From an uncultured Gemmatimonadaceae bacterium (lineage in GTDB: Bacteria > Gemmatimonadota > Gemmatimonadetes > Gemmatimonadales > Gemmatimonadaceae): a DNA stretch of 64,000 nt. Below, piece by piece: positions 22,663 to 33,300 of the stretch (position 1 is its first letter; each line of letters begins with the position of its first letter). The notes beneath the pieces were generated by a model, which worked only from the letters and a program-made list of their open reading frames with translations, searched no databases and was not told the origin of the DNA. Made by a program: the position numbers and the translations under genes. Location: positions 64,001 through 128,000 of the forward strand of contig CAWHHI010000008.1 in NCBI GenBank assembly GCA_963829055.1, given 5' to 3'.

Positions 22663-24597
22663 ATGTCTACGACCGCCATTCGCGACCAGCTTCGCGCCAT
22701 TTCGTTCCTCGACGGGCTCACGGATTCCGCCTACCACCAGCTCGCGCGTCTCGTGAACGGCGTGCGCTATGACACGGACGAGATCCTGTTCGAGGAGGGC
22801 GCGCCGCGCGCGTTCCTCGCCATGGTCGTGAACGGCGCCGTCGCCATAGAAAAGCAGATGAACGGGCGACCCATCCGCCTCGTCACGCTCGGTGCCGGAG
22901 AGGCCGTCGGCGAAGGTCTGCTGCTCGACGACTCGAAGCACGGTACCAGCGCCCGCGCCCTGCAGCCGACGGAGGTCTATGTCCTCCGGGCCGAGAAGGT
23001 CGCGGACATCATGAAGGAGCATCCGCAGTTGTATGCGGCGCTCATTGGCCGCGCCGCGCGTGCAATTTCTCAACGACTCGCCGCCACCGATGCGACCATC
23101 GTCGGCCGCGGCCGGACGCTAGGGTTCGGCGGCCATCACGTTCGCGTCGAGACCGATTTGCTCGGAGATCGCGAGATTCCCGATGAGGCGCTCTACGGCG
23201 TGCAGACGCTGCGCGCGCTCGAGAACTTCCCGATCACCGGCATCGCGCTCAGAGAATTTCCGTCGCTGGTAGAAGCGTTGGCTGCTGTGAAGGAAGCCGC
23301 CGCGCTCGCGAACGCCGAGCTGGGTCTGCTGAGTCCGGAGATCGCGGACGCAATCGTGCGAGCCGCGCGCGAGATCCGCACCGGGCGTCATCACGAGCAT
23401 TTCGTCGTCGACATGGTGCAGGGCGGCGCCGGCACCTCGACGAACATGAACGCGAATGAAGTCATCGCGAACCGCGCGCTCGAGCTGCTCGGTCGCCCGC
23501 GCGGTGATTATGCGACGATCAGCCCGAACACGCACGTCAACCTCAGTCAGTCGACGAACGACGTCTACCCCACCGCGGTGAAGCTCGCGCTGCATTCGGG
23601 CATTGAGTCGCTCCGCGCCGCGATGCGCGAGATCTGCGACGCGTTTCTCAGGAAGGGTGATGAGTTCAACGGGTTCCTGAAGATGGGCCGCACGCAGTTG
23701 CAGGACGCAGTGCCGATGACCCTGGGTCAGGAGTTCGCAGCGTTCGCGCATACCATCCTCGAGGACGTCGACAGACTCGGTGAAGCGCAGGCGCTGATTC
23801 GCGAGATCAATATGGGAGCGACTGCGATCGGAACGCGGATCAACGCGCCCGAGGGCTACGCGGAATCCGTGCGGCGTCACCTGTCCACCGTGTCCGGCCT
23901 CGAGCTCATCACCGCGCCGGACCTCGTCGAGGCGACAGCCGATACCGGCTCGTTCGTTCAGCTATCGGGCGTGCTCAAGCGCTGCGCCGTGAAGATCTCG
24001 AAGATCTGCAACGATCTTCGATTGCTGAGCTCAGGTCCCCGGGCGGGACTCGGCGAGATCAACTTGCCGCCGATGCAACCGGGGTCCTCGATCATGCCGG
24101 GCAAAGTGAACCCGGTGATTCCGGAAGTCGTGAATCAGGTGTGCTTCGATGTGATCGGCGGCGACGTGACGGTAACGATGGCGGCCGAGGCGGGTCAGCT
24201 TCAGCTGAATGTCTTCGAGCCCATCATCGCCTATCGACTGCTGTACGGGCTCGACTCGATGAAGCAGGCGTTCACGGTGCTTCGCACCCGATGCGTGGAC
24301 GGCATCACCGCCAACCCGGACCGCATGCGCTGGTTCGTCGAGAACTCGATCGGCATCGTCACCGCGCTCGTGCCGGTGCTCGGCTACGAGAAGGCGACGG
24401 AGATCGCGAAGGAAGCGTTGGCGACCGGGCGTGGCGTGTACGATCTCGTCTGTGATCGTGGACTCATGACGCGCGCCGATCTGGATCACGTGCTCGATCC
24501 GCGGTCAATGACCGGTACGTTTCCGGTCGAGCAAGTCATCGCGGCGCCCGTGCCACTCAGTGGAGGCGCCGGCACGGATCGCGGCGAACGCGGCTGA
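22663..24597 (+). CDS. aspA: Aspartate ammonia-lyase with an N-terminal cyclic-nucleotide-binding domain
   Basis: GGAGTSTNMN, KMGRTQLQDA and GSSIMPGKVNP; CAP-like N-terminal ~150 aa; intact ORF. Confidence 0.92.
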   Translation: MSTTAIRDQLRAISFLDGLTDSAYHQLARLVNGVRYDTDEILFEEGAPRAFLAMVVNGAVAIEKQMNGRPIRLVTLGAGEAVGEGLLLDDSKHGTSARALQPTEVYVLRAEKVADIMKEHPQLYAALIGRAARAISQRLAATDATIVGRGRTLGFGGHHVRVETDLLGDREIPDEALYGVQTLRALENFPITGIALREFPSLVEALAAVKEAAALANAELGLLSPEIADAIVRAAREIRTGRHHEHFVVDMVQGGAGTSTNMNANEVIANRALELLGRPRGDYATISPNTHVNLSQSTNDVYPTAVKLALHSGIESLRAAMREICDAFLRKGDEFNGFLKMGRTQLQDAVPMTLGQEFAAFAHTILEDVDRLGEAQALIREINMGATAIGTRINAPEGYAESVRRHLSTVSGLELITAPDLVEATADTGSFVQLSGVLKRCAVKISKICNDLRLLSSGPRAGLGEINLPPMQPGSSIMPGKVNPVIPEVVNQVCFDVIGGDVTVTMAAEAGQLQLNVFEPIIAYRLLYGLDSMKQAFTVLRTRCVDGITANPDRMRWFVENSIGIVTALVPVLGYEKATEIAKEALATGRGVYDLVCDRGLMTRADLDHVLDPRSMTGTFPVEQVIAAPVPLSGGAGTDRGERG

Positions 24598-24641
24598 TTC
24601 AGCGCCACGGTCGTCACGTTCATCGGCGCCGGATCCGCTGA

Positions 24642-25700
24642 ATGCCGCGTCGTCGCAAGCGGCTCGATGCCTCGTCGTTCGAGCTTCCGGCTGAAGAACT
24701 GCGTCGCGGCGCATTCTCGCACGCGAGCGCGGTGTGGGCGCGCGATGTGCTCATCGCCGACGGTCGATCGCCACTCGCGACCGTGCAATTCGCCAGTGAG
24801 CAGTCGGGGTTACTCGGTGGCATTGATGAAGCTGTTGCCGTGTTGAAGGTGGGTATCGAGGACTGGTCGCAGCTGAGCGTGCAGGCGCTCTACGATGGTG
24901 ATCGCATCGAGGCCGACGAGACGGTGATGAGCGTCGACGGTCGGTTCGATCAGTTCGCGCACCTCGCGCCACTCTGCGTTGGCGTTCTCTCGCGGCGCAC
25001 GCGCGTGTCGACGAACGCGCGCAGCTTGGTGGAAGCAGCGCGGCCCAAACCGGTGATGACGCTGCCGGCGCGCAACGATCACTGGCTGTTGCAGCGCGGC
25101 GATGCGTTCGCGGCGCAGATCGGCGGCACCATGCAGCTCACGGGCGCCGCGCAGAGCTCGCGGAGCCAACCGCCGCTCATGCTCGTGCCTCACGGGCTCG
25201 TTGCGGCATACGGTGGCGACACTGTGGCCGCGGTCCGCGCGTGCGTCGCGCACACGCCCGACCGCACGATGCTGGTCGTGCCCGTAGATTACGACAACGA
25301 TTCCGTCGCGACCGCACTCGCCATCGCGCGTTCGCAGGAAAGCCGCGTCTGGGGCGTGCAGCTTGCGACGTCGGAACACCTCGTCGACCAGTCGATCATT
25401 CCGGTGATGGGTGGCTTCGTGCCCACTGGGGTGAACCCACAGCTCGTGTGGAACGTGCGCAATGCACTCGACGCCGAGGGATTTGGGGACATCAAGATTC
25501 TCGTGTCGGGCTCGATCACGGTGTCGCGCATTCGCGAATTCGAAGACAACGGCGTGCCTGTCGACGCATACGGCGTGGGCAGCGCATTGACGAGCGGTCG
25601 ATTCAGCTTCGTCGCGGACGTCGTGATGCTCGACGGCGCGGCGCACGCGCGCGCCGGCCGCACGCTCAAGCCCAACCCGCGGATGGAGCGCGTGCGATGA
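24642..25700 (+). CDS. Nicotinate/quinolinate phosphoribosyltransferase-like protein with degenerate motifs
   Basis: PHGLVAAYGGDT, VDYDND, ILVSG and VDAYGVGS family motifs. Confidence 0.75.
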   Translation: MPRRRKRLDASSFELPAEELRRGAFSHASAVWARDVLIADGRSPLATVQFASEQSGLLGGIDEAVAVLKVGIEDWSQLSVQALYDGDRIEADETVMSVDGRFDQFAHLAPLCVGVLSRRTRVSTNARSLVEAARPKPVMTLPARNDHWLLQRGDAFAAQIGGTMQLTGAAQSSRSQPPLMLVPHGLVAAYGGDTVAAVRACVAHTPDRTMLVVPVDYDNDSVATALAIARSQESRVWGVQLATSEHLVDQSIIPVMGGFVPTGVNPQLVWNVRNALDAEGFGDIKILVSGSITVSRIREFEDNGVPVDAYGVGSALTSGRFSFVADVVMLDGAAHARAGRTLKPNPRMERVR

Positions 25701-25703
25701 GCC

Positions 25704-26165
25704 ATGTCTAGTGGTCCAACACTCGATGGCGCTGGCATGGCCAAGTTGGAGACGCTCGAGACCGCGAGCGGCCAGCTGCAACGACTGCACGGCATCGTCG
25801 AACAGATGGCGATGGCGATGCGTGCGCAGCAGAACACCTCGCAGATCGGCGCGCAGATGCGGCGGGCCGGTAGTCCGATGGTCGGTCTACTCAAAGGGCA
25901 GTTCGGAATGATTGCGGATCAGGTGACTGCGCTGCTCCTGGTGTCCACGCGCGGCGGCGGGGAGCAGACGAAGCTGCGATCGATGCGGGAGGGGATCGCG
26001 CAGGTGCGCACCGCACTGGAGATCGCGATCGCGAAGACCAAGGAGAAGCACACCGTGTCCAATGAGCCCGAACGCGTGAAACACGTTGCACACGTTGCAC
26101 ATTGCGGACTTCCGCTGCTTGATTCGACTGTAGGGGTCCAATACCTTGCATTGGCTATTCAATAA
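25704..26165 (+). CDS. Small helical hypothetical protein (true stop possibly earlier, near 26080)
   Basis: Starts 3 nt after the upstream stop; host-like codon usage to about 26075. Confidence 0.6.
   Translation: MSSGPTLDGAGMAKLETLETASGQLQRLHGIVEQMAMAMRAQQNTSQIGAQMRRAGSPMVGLLKGQFGMIADQVTALLLVSTRGGGEQTKLRSMREGIAQVRTALEIAIAKTKEKHTVSNEPERVKHVAHVAHCGLPLLDSTVGVQYLALAIQ
26119..26147 (+). promoter_or_regulatory. Putative sigma70 promoter of the cox operon
   Basis: TTGATT-N17-TACCTT about 80 nt upstream of coxB. Confidence 0.45.
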
Positions 26166-26225
26166 GAGCCGTGACACCGCGGGTCGTGTGCGGTGCCCTT
26201 CATAACGCCGGTTCTCGTGACACGA

Positions 26226-27566
26226 ATGCACTGGAAGATTCGTCCGCGCCAGCTCGCTTCGATCGCCGTCATCGCACTGCTCGTGGTGGCCATCGCCGCG
26301 TGTGGAACGTACGGCAAGAGCTACCCCAACTCGACGTTCAACAACACGACCGAGTTCAACACGGCGATCAAGTCGCTCTGGGACAAGCTGCTGTTCTGGG
26401 GAACGCTGGTGTTCGTGATCGTCGAAGGCATTCTCATCTACACGATCATTCGCTTCCGTCGTCGAAGCGATGCGGATGAGCCGCAGCACGTCCACGGCAA
26501 CACGGTCCTCGAGATCGCGTGGACGATCGCGCCGGCCGTCATTCTCGTCTTCATTGCCATCCCAACCGTCCGCACGATCTTCCGCACGCAGGCGCGCGCG
26601 GTACCGAACGCGCTGCAGGTCGAGGTCGTCGGACACCAGTGGTGGTGGGAGTTCCGCTACCCGCAGTACACCACGCCGTCCGCGATGCCTGGCCGCGTGG
26701 ACACGCTGGTCACCGCCAACGATCTGTATCTGCCCATCGGTCGGACTGTGAACTTCACGCTCAGAACGAAGGACGTCCTGCATTCGTTCTGGATTCCGCA
26801 GCTCGGCGGGAAGCGTGACCTCATCACGAACCACACGAACTATCTGTGGTTCACGCCCGACTCGTCGCTCACGACGAGCGTGTTCAACGGCAGCTGCAAC
26901 GAGTACTGCGGCGCATCGCACGCGAACATGCGCTTCCGGACGTTTGTGGTGACGCCCACGGAGTTCGAAGGCTGGGTGTCGCATCAGCTCACGCCGGCCG
27001 CGTTTGCCGCGGCGCCTCCAGCGCCGCCGGCCGCAGCGCCACCGGCAGACTCGACGCGTGGTGCTGCGACAGCGAGACAGACCGCGGCTACGGCCGCGCC
27101 CGTGCCCGTGACGCCCGCGGTCGCCGTGGCTCAACAGCCAGCGGGCTACACGTTCCCCATGGCGTCGCTGCCGGACCACGCGACGCCGCACACGGGAGTG
27201 CCCTCGGGTCTCACGTTCCCGGACGGGATCACCGGCGACGCTCAGCGAGGCGCGCGGCAGTTCTCCCAGAGCGCCTGCATTGGCTGTCACGCGATTCGCG
27301 GCACGATGGCGTCATCTCCCATTGGCCCGAATCTCACGCACATCGGCAGTCGCTCGACTATCGCCGCCGGCATCTACCCTAACGACACGCGGCACCTTCG
27401 CCTCTGGATCAAGAACGCGCGGCTCATGAAGCCCGGGTCGGCAATGCCGACGCTTGGCCTCGGGCAGCGCGATCCGATCACGGGCGCTGCGGTCACGGCA
27501 GGGCTGGGCGGGCTCAGCGACCAGCAGATCGCGGATATCGTCGCGTACCTGCAGGCCCTGCGGTAG
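26226..27566 (+). CDS. coxB: Cytochrome c oxidase subunit II with fused cytochrome c (caa3 type)
   Basis: HQWWWEFRY, DVLHSFW, CNEYCGASHANM (CuA) and CIGCH heme motif. Confidence 0.95.
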   Translation: MHWKIRPRQLASIAVIALLVVAIAACGTYGKSYPNSTFNNTTEFNTAIKSLWDKLLFWGTLVFVIVEGILIYTIIRFRRRSDADEPQHVHGNTVLEIAWTIAPAVILVFIAIPTVRTIFRTQARAVPNALQVEVVGHQWWWEFRYPQYTTPSAMPGRVDTLVTANDLYLPIGRTVNFTLRTKDVLHSFWIPQLGGKRDLITNHTNYLWFTPDSSLTTSVFNGSCNEYCGASHANMRFRTFVVTPTEFEGWVSHQLTPAAFAAAPPAPPAAAPPADSTRGAATARQTAATAAPVPVTPAVAVAQQPAGYTFPMASLPDHATPHTGVPSGLTFPDGITGDAQRGARQFSQSACIGCHAIRGTMASSPIGPNLTHIGSRSTIAAGIYPNDTRHLRLWIKNARLMKPGSAMPTLGLGQRDPITGAAVTAGLGGLSDQQIADIVAYLQALR

Positions 27567-27665
27567 TCTGACATTCGTCAGATCGTTCGCACCACGAACC
27601 GATCGCCCCCGACGCACCTAACGACAGCGATCGACTTCTCACCCTCGTAGCAAACCGACGACCCC

Positions 27666-29595
27666 ATGGCCACTGTCGCTGCATCGCCGACGTACGCTGG
27701 TTCACACTCCGGAGAAGAGACCGGGCTGTGGAGCTGGCTGACCACGGTCGACCACAAGCGGATCGGGGTGCTGTACCTCTACACCTCGCTCTTCTTCTTC
27801 CTGTTCGGCGGACTCGAGGCCGTTCTCATCCGCGCGCAGCTCGCGCGTCCCGAACGAGACGCTCGTGTCGGCTGAGATGTACAATCAGCTGTTCACGATG
27901 CACGGGACGACGATGGTGTTCCTCGCCATCATGCCCCTGTCTGCGGCGTTCTTCAACTTCCTCATTCCGCTGCAGATCGGCGCGCGCGACGTCGCGTTCC
28001 CGCGACTGAACGCGTTCAGCTACTGGGTCTATCTGTTCGGCGGCCTGTTCATCACGTTCCCGATCTTCTTCAGCGTCGCGCCGGACGGCGGCTGGTTCGG
28101 TTACGCCCCACTGACCACGCGTCAGTTCTCGCAGGGCCTGAACATCGACTTCTGGGTGCTCGGCCTGCAGATCCTCGGCATCTCGTCGCTCGCGGCCGCG
28201 TTCAACTTCATCACGACGATCATCAATCTGCGCGCACCAGGGATGAACCTGATGCGCATGCCGATGTTCACGTGGATGTCGTTCGTCGTGCAGTTCCTGA
28301 TCGTGCTCGCGTTCCCGGTGATCACGATCGCGCTCGTGTTCCTGCAGTTCGACCGCTTCTTCGGTACGAACTTCTACAACATTGGCGCCGGCGGCGACCC
28401 GCTGCTCTGGCAGCACCTGTTCTGGATCTTCGGTCATCCAGAGGTCTACATCCTGATCCTGCCGGCGTTCGGACTCGTGTCCGAGGTGTTGCCGACGAAC
28501 TCCAAGAAGCCACTGTTCGGATACCCGGTCATGGTGTACTCGGGCATCCTCATCGGCTTCCTTGGCTTCGGCGTGTGGGCACACCACATGTTCTCGGTCG
28601 GCATGGGGCCGATCGCCGACACCGTCTTCGGACTCACGACGCTGCTCATCGCCATCCCGACGGGCGTGAAGATCTTCAACTGGATCTTCACGATGTGGGG
28701 CGGCTCCATCCGCTTCACGGCCGCGATGAAGTTCGCGATCGGGCTCGTCGCGCTGTTCACGATCGGTGGCATCTCCGGCGTATCGCACGCGTCACCGCCG
28801 GCCGACCTTCAGCAGACGGACACGTACTACATCGTCGCCCACTTCCACTACGTGCTGTTCGGTGGGTCGATCATGGGCATCTTCGCCGGCATCTATCACT
28901 ACTTCCCGAAGATGTTCGGCCGCATGATGAACGAGCGGCTCGGCACCTGGCATTTCTGGCTGAACTTCATCGCGATGAACCTGACGTTCTTCCCGATGCA
29001 CTTCTCCGGACTGCTCGGCATGCCGCGCCGTATCTACACGTACGATGCCGGTCAGGGCTGGGACACGTTCAACATGCTCTCGAGCATCGGCGCGTTCATG
29101 CTCGTGATCGCGACGGCGATCTTCGTCTGGAATTTCTTCCGCAGCAAAGCGACCGGGCCGATCGCGCCTGACAATCCGTGGGATGCCGCGACACTCGAGT
29201 GGTCGATTCCGTCGCCACCGCCCGAGTACAACTTCGCGGAGATCCCGCTCGTCGAGTCACGGTATCCGCTGTGGGACCTGACACACCCCGAGCGCACGTC
29301 CGAGATCCCGCACACGCACGACGCGTGGACGGACCACGAGAAGGAAGCGGACGCAAAGCCGGTGCACATCGAAACGGAACGTCGCACGGCGAAGGAGCTT
29401 GGCATCCCAATGCCGTTGCCGACCATCAAGCCGCTATTCGTGGCGGCGAGCATCATCGTCATGTTCTCTGGCCTCATCTTCATTCACCTGGAGAACAAGG
29501 CGGTCGCGTTCACGCTCATATTCGGCGGCGCGGCAGGGCTCATCGGTTTCCTGTATGCCTGGCTGCTGAGCCCTCTCGAAGAAGCCCACCACTAG
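27666..29595 (+). CDS. coxA: Cytochrome c oxidase subunit I (frameshift near 27860)
   Basis: DHKRIG, FTMHGT, GHPEVY, WAHHMF, AHFHY and GMPRR motifs. Confidence 0.95.
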
Positions 29596-29627
29596 TTCAG
29601 TCTGTTCACTAGATCTCCACGAGACGA

Positions 29628-30311
29628 ATGTCTGCCTCGCCAGCGCTCGACCACGTACAAGCCGGCGCACACGGCCATCACTACACGACCACCGGGCTGG
29701 ATAGCCGGAAGATCGCCATCTGGGCGTTCATCGGGTCGGAGTGCATGCTGTTCGCGTCGTTGATTTCGACGTACCTCATCTACAAGGGGCGAAGCGTCGT
29801 CGGACCGTTCCCGCATGAGGCGTGCGCTCCACCGGCCTGCCAGGTGCCCCTCAAGGCGATCCTGAACATCCCGGTCACGTCCGCGTCGACGTTCGTGCTG
29901 CTCATGTCGTCGCTGGCGATGGTGCTCGCGCTGGCGGCGGTCGAGAACCGCAATCTTCCGAAGCTCACGACGGGCGACCGCATTCTCGGGTCGTCCAAGC
30001 TGTGGCTGTGGGTCACGTGCATTCTCGGCGCGACGTTCCTCGGCTTCCAGGCATTCGAGTTCACGTCGTTCGTGCACGAGGGTCTGTCCATCCGCACGAA
30101 CCTGTTCGGCTCGTCGTTCTTCACGCTCACAGGCTTCCACGGCGCGCACGTTACCGCCGGCGTGATCTGGCTAGGCACGTTGCTCGCGATCGACTACAAG
30201 CGCGGGCTCGGGCCCGGTGACGCCATCAACGTCGACATTGCGGCCCTGTACTGGCACTTCGTCGACGTCGTCTGGATCGCGATCTTCACCCTCATCTACC
30301 TCATCAGGTAA
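29628..30311 (+). CDS. coxC: Cytochrome c oxidase subunit III
   Basis: TGFHGAHV and YWHFVDVVW motifs. Confidence 0.93.
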   Translation: MSASPALDHVQAGAHGHHYTTTGLDSRKIAIWAFIGSECMLFASLISTYLIYKGRSVVGPFPHEACAPPACQVPLKAILNIPVTSASTFVLLMSSLAMVLALAAVENRNLPKLTTGDRILGSSKLWLWVTCILGATFLGFQAFEFTSFVHEGLSIRTNLFGSSFFTLTGFHGAHVTAGVIWLGTLLAIDYKRGLGPGDAINVDIAALYWHFVDVVWIAIFTLIYLIR

Positions 30312-30321
30312 GGAGCCGCAC

Positions 30322-30720
30322 ATGGCGCAGCAGGACTCGGCTCCCAAGGGGCACGGCGGGCATGCGAGCGGTGCAGCGGCGGGCGGAGCACACGTCGCCC
30401 CAGCCGCCGACGATGCACATGCGCACGCACACCCCACGTGGAAGCAGTACAAGTGGGTCGCACTGATCCTGACCGCGATTACCGTCGTCGAGGTGTGGAT
30501 CTACTACATCCCGTCGTTCGTCGCGTCCAAGCTGTTCGTTCCCGCCTTGCTCATCATGTCGGCGGTGAAGTTCGCGATCGTGGTGCTGTTCTACATGCAC
30601 CTCAAGTACGACGCGCGACTGTTCCGCGCGCTGTTCACCGGCCCACTGATCATCGCCGTCGTGACGATCATCAGCTTGATGTTCCTGTTCGGACATCTCG
30701 CCATTCGCGTTGGCTCCTGA
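30322..30720 (+). CDS. coxD: Cytochrome c oxidase subunit IV
   Basis: KFAIVVLFYMHLKYD; AGGAG RBS; operon position. Confidence 0.88.
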   Translation: MAQQDSAPKGHGGHASGAAAGGAHVAPAADDAHAHAHPTWKQYKWVALILTAITVVEVWIYYIPSFVASKLFVPALLIMSAVKFAIVVLFYMHLKYDARLFRALFTGPLIIAVVTIISLMFLFGHLAIRVGS

Positions 30721-30769
30721 TCGCGCGACTGGCCCCAGTTCCCTCGCTGTACCGTAGGTGTTGCTCGTA

Positions 30770-31718
30770 ATGTCCCCTGCACTGCCGCCTGCCGCGCTCG
30801 CCGTCGTCCACCCTGTTGCCCAGGTCGGGTGGACGAGCTGGACGATCCACTGGAGCACCGTCATCGGGCTCGCGGCGTTAGGCTGGCTGTACGTGTGGGG
30901 CGCGCGTCGCGTGCAGGCACGCGCGGCGGCTCGCGGTGAGAACGTCCCCGAGGTCCGGCGGTCGCAGCAGGTCTCGTTCTTCTGCGGCCTGCTGGTGATT
31001 TTCTGCTCGCTGAACGGGCCACTGCACGACTTGAGCGACACGTATCTGTTCAGCGCGCACATGGTGCAGCACCTGCTGCTCAGCCTCGCCGTTCCGCCGT
31101 TGCTCATTGTGGGCACGCCCGGCTGGCTGCTGCGCCCCTTCCTCCGAGAACGCGAAGATCGCGACCGTGGCGCGCGCTGTCACACCACCCGTCCGCTGCT
31201 TCGTCATCTTCAACGTCGTGATTTCGTTGTGGCACCTGCCGCCGCTCTACAACACGGCGATGGCGTACCACCCGATCCACATCGTGCAGCACCTGACGTT
31301 CATGATCGCGTCGGTGCTCATGTGGTGGCCGTTTCTCAGCCCGCTGCCCGAGCTACCTCGGCTCTCGTACCCGGGCCAGATGCTCTACTGCTTCCTCATG
31401 GTCATCCCGATGTCGATCATTTCGATCTACATCGCGATGGCGGATCATGTCCTGTATCCCGCCTACTCGATCGCGCCGCGCGTCTGGGACATCTCTCCGC
31501 TCAGCGACCAGCAGATCGGTGGTCTCATCATGTGGATTCCGGGCGGGCTTCTGTTCTACGTGGTGATGACGTTCGTGTTCTTCAAGTGGGCAGGCCGAGA
31601 TACCGACACCACCGCCGGCGCGCAGGTCGATTGGCGTCCGGCGCCGCCCGCTCGCGCCTCCCGTCCTCAGCCGCAGCCGCCGGTCACCGTTCGACAGGAT
31701 CGCTCGTCCTCGTACTGA
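30770..31718 (+). CDS. ctaG: caa3 oxidase assembly factor (CtaG-like), frameshift near 31145
   Basis: LFSAHMVQHLLL, WHLP and DQQIGGLIMWIPG motifs. Confidence 0.85.
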
Positions 31719-31936
31719 GCGATACCTGGGTCGCGTCGCCGTGGTGCGCTGACAGCTCGCGCGGCGGCCGTCACTGCGCGTACTCTTCAATGTCGGGCTA
31801 CGCGGAAGACGTTCTCGCGAACAACGTCAGACTCGTTCCAGGCGCTGCCTTTCTCGGCAAGCCGTTCAAGCCGAAGGCGTTGGTGACCAAGGTCCGCGAA
31901 GTCCTGGATGCCCGGCCCGAATCGGAAATGGAGTGA
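31700..31936 (+). pseudogene. C-terminal half of a response-regulator receiver domain
   Basis: MSGYAEDVL...AFLGKPFKPKALVTKVREVLD with no N-terminal half. Confidence 0.55.
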
Positions 31937-31940
31937 GCCC

Positions 31941-33218
31941 ATGAGTGCGGCCACATTGACGCCAGAGCGGACGGACACCCCCGTCGCGAGATACACACCC
32001 CCGCCCACGCCGTCGCCGCGCCCCTCCCGCGAGCGCCTGTTGTCGCTGGATGTGTTTCGAGGCATGACGATCGCCGGGATGCTGCTCGTCAACAATCCCG
32101 GCAGCTGGGGCGCGATCTACCCGCCACTGGAGCACGCGACGTGGAACGGATGGACGCCGACAGATCTGATCTTCCCGTTCTTCCTGTTCATCGTCGGCAT
32201 CACGACGCACCTCTCGCTCGATGCGCGTCGCGCGCGTGGCGACGACGAGGGCGCGCTCATCAGGCAGGTCATCCGTCGCGGCCTGCTGATCTTCCTCGCG
32301 GGCTTCCTGGTCAACGGGTTTCCGTATTTCACGTGGGGTGCGGTGGACGGCATCGCGAACCCGTCGTTCATCGAGCGCGTCGTCGATCGCCTGTACCACT
32401 GGCGGATCATGGGCGTGCTGCAGCGCATCGGCTTGGCCTACATGTTCGCGGCGCTGCTCAGCTTCAGGACGACGCTCAAACAGCAGGTCGCGATCATCGC
32501 CACACTGTTGTTCGGGTACTGGTTCGCGATGACGCTCGTACCCGTACCGCCTAACGGCTTCCTCGGCATCGACGTGCTAGGGAACCCTCCGGAGACGCTC
32601 GCCGCCTACTTCGATCGTCTGCTGCTCGACTGGGGCAGGTTTGGGAACCACCTCTGGGTCAGCAGCGTCACGTGGGATCCGGAAGGCCCATTCTCCACGA
32701 TCCCCGCGGTCGGCACGGCGATGCTCGGCATCATCTGCGGCCGCTGGATCAAGTCACCCCGCCCGCTGAGCGAGCGCCTTGCAGGCATGTTTGCCGCGGG
32801 CAGCATCGCCATGATGCTCGGTCTCATGTGGCACTGGTCCTTCCCGATCAACAAGAGCCTGTGGACGAGCTCGTACGTTCTTTTCACCGCGGGTATGGCT
32901 GCGGTGGCGCTCGCGACATGCATGTGGATCATCGACGAGCACCGCGTCGCGGGCTGGACCAAGCCCTTCGTGATCTACGGAATGAACCCCATTGTGGCGT
33001 TCGTCGGCTCCGGAGTCACGGCGCGCCTCATCTATTCGATCTTCAAGGTCGAGTCGGACGGCAAGCCTATCCCCCTCGAGACCTGGATCTACCAGACGTT
33101 CTATGCCTCATGGCTCGAGCCGCGCAACGCATCGTTGCTGTTCGCGATCACCTTCGTCCTCGTGTGGCTCGCCATCCTCTGGGTGCTCTACCGCCGGCGT
33201 ATCTTCGTGAAGCTCTAG
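31941..33218 (+). CDS. HGSNAT/NagX-like membrane acyltransferase
   Basis: [29 protein letters not shown] and [10 protein letters not shown] motifs. Confidence 0.9.
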   Translation: MSAATLTPERTDTPVARYTPPPTPSPRPSRERLLSLDVFRGMTIAGMLLVNNPGSWGAIYPPLEHATWNGWTPTDLIFPFFLFIVGITTHLSLDARRARGDDEGALIRQVIRRGLLIFLAGFLVNGFPYFTWGAVDGIANPSFIERVVDRLYHWRIMGVLQRIGLAYMFAALLSFRTTLKQQVAIIATLLFGYWFAMTLVPVPPNGFLGIDVLGNPPETLAAYFDRLLLDWGRFGNHLWVSSVTWDPEGPFSTIPAVGTAMLGIICGRWIKSPRPLSERLAGMFAAGSIAMMLGLMWHWSFPINKSLWTSSYVLFTAGMAAVALATCMWIIDEHRVAGWTKPFVIYGMNPIVAFVGSGVTARLIYSIFKVESDGKPIPLETWIYQTFYASWLEPRNASLLFAITFVLVWLAILWVLYRRRIFVKL

Positions 33219-33300
33219 CGGTATAACGCGGTATAGGAATCGTTCGAGCCATTGGTGCGGCCGGTCACCTACGCCTGGGCCCGGTCGTGGCCCGACCGAC

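Noticed and set aside
26081..26101. ACACGTTGC direct repeat before the cox promoter
   Set aside because: Only two copies; could be an operator but there is no further support.
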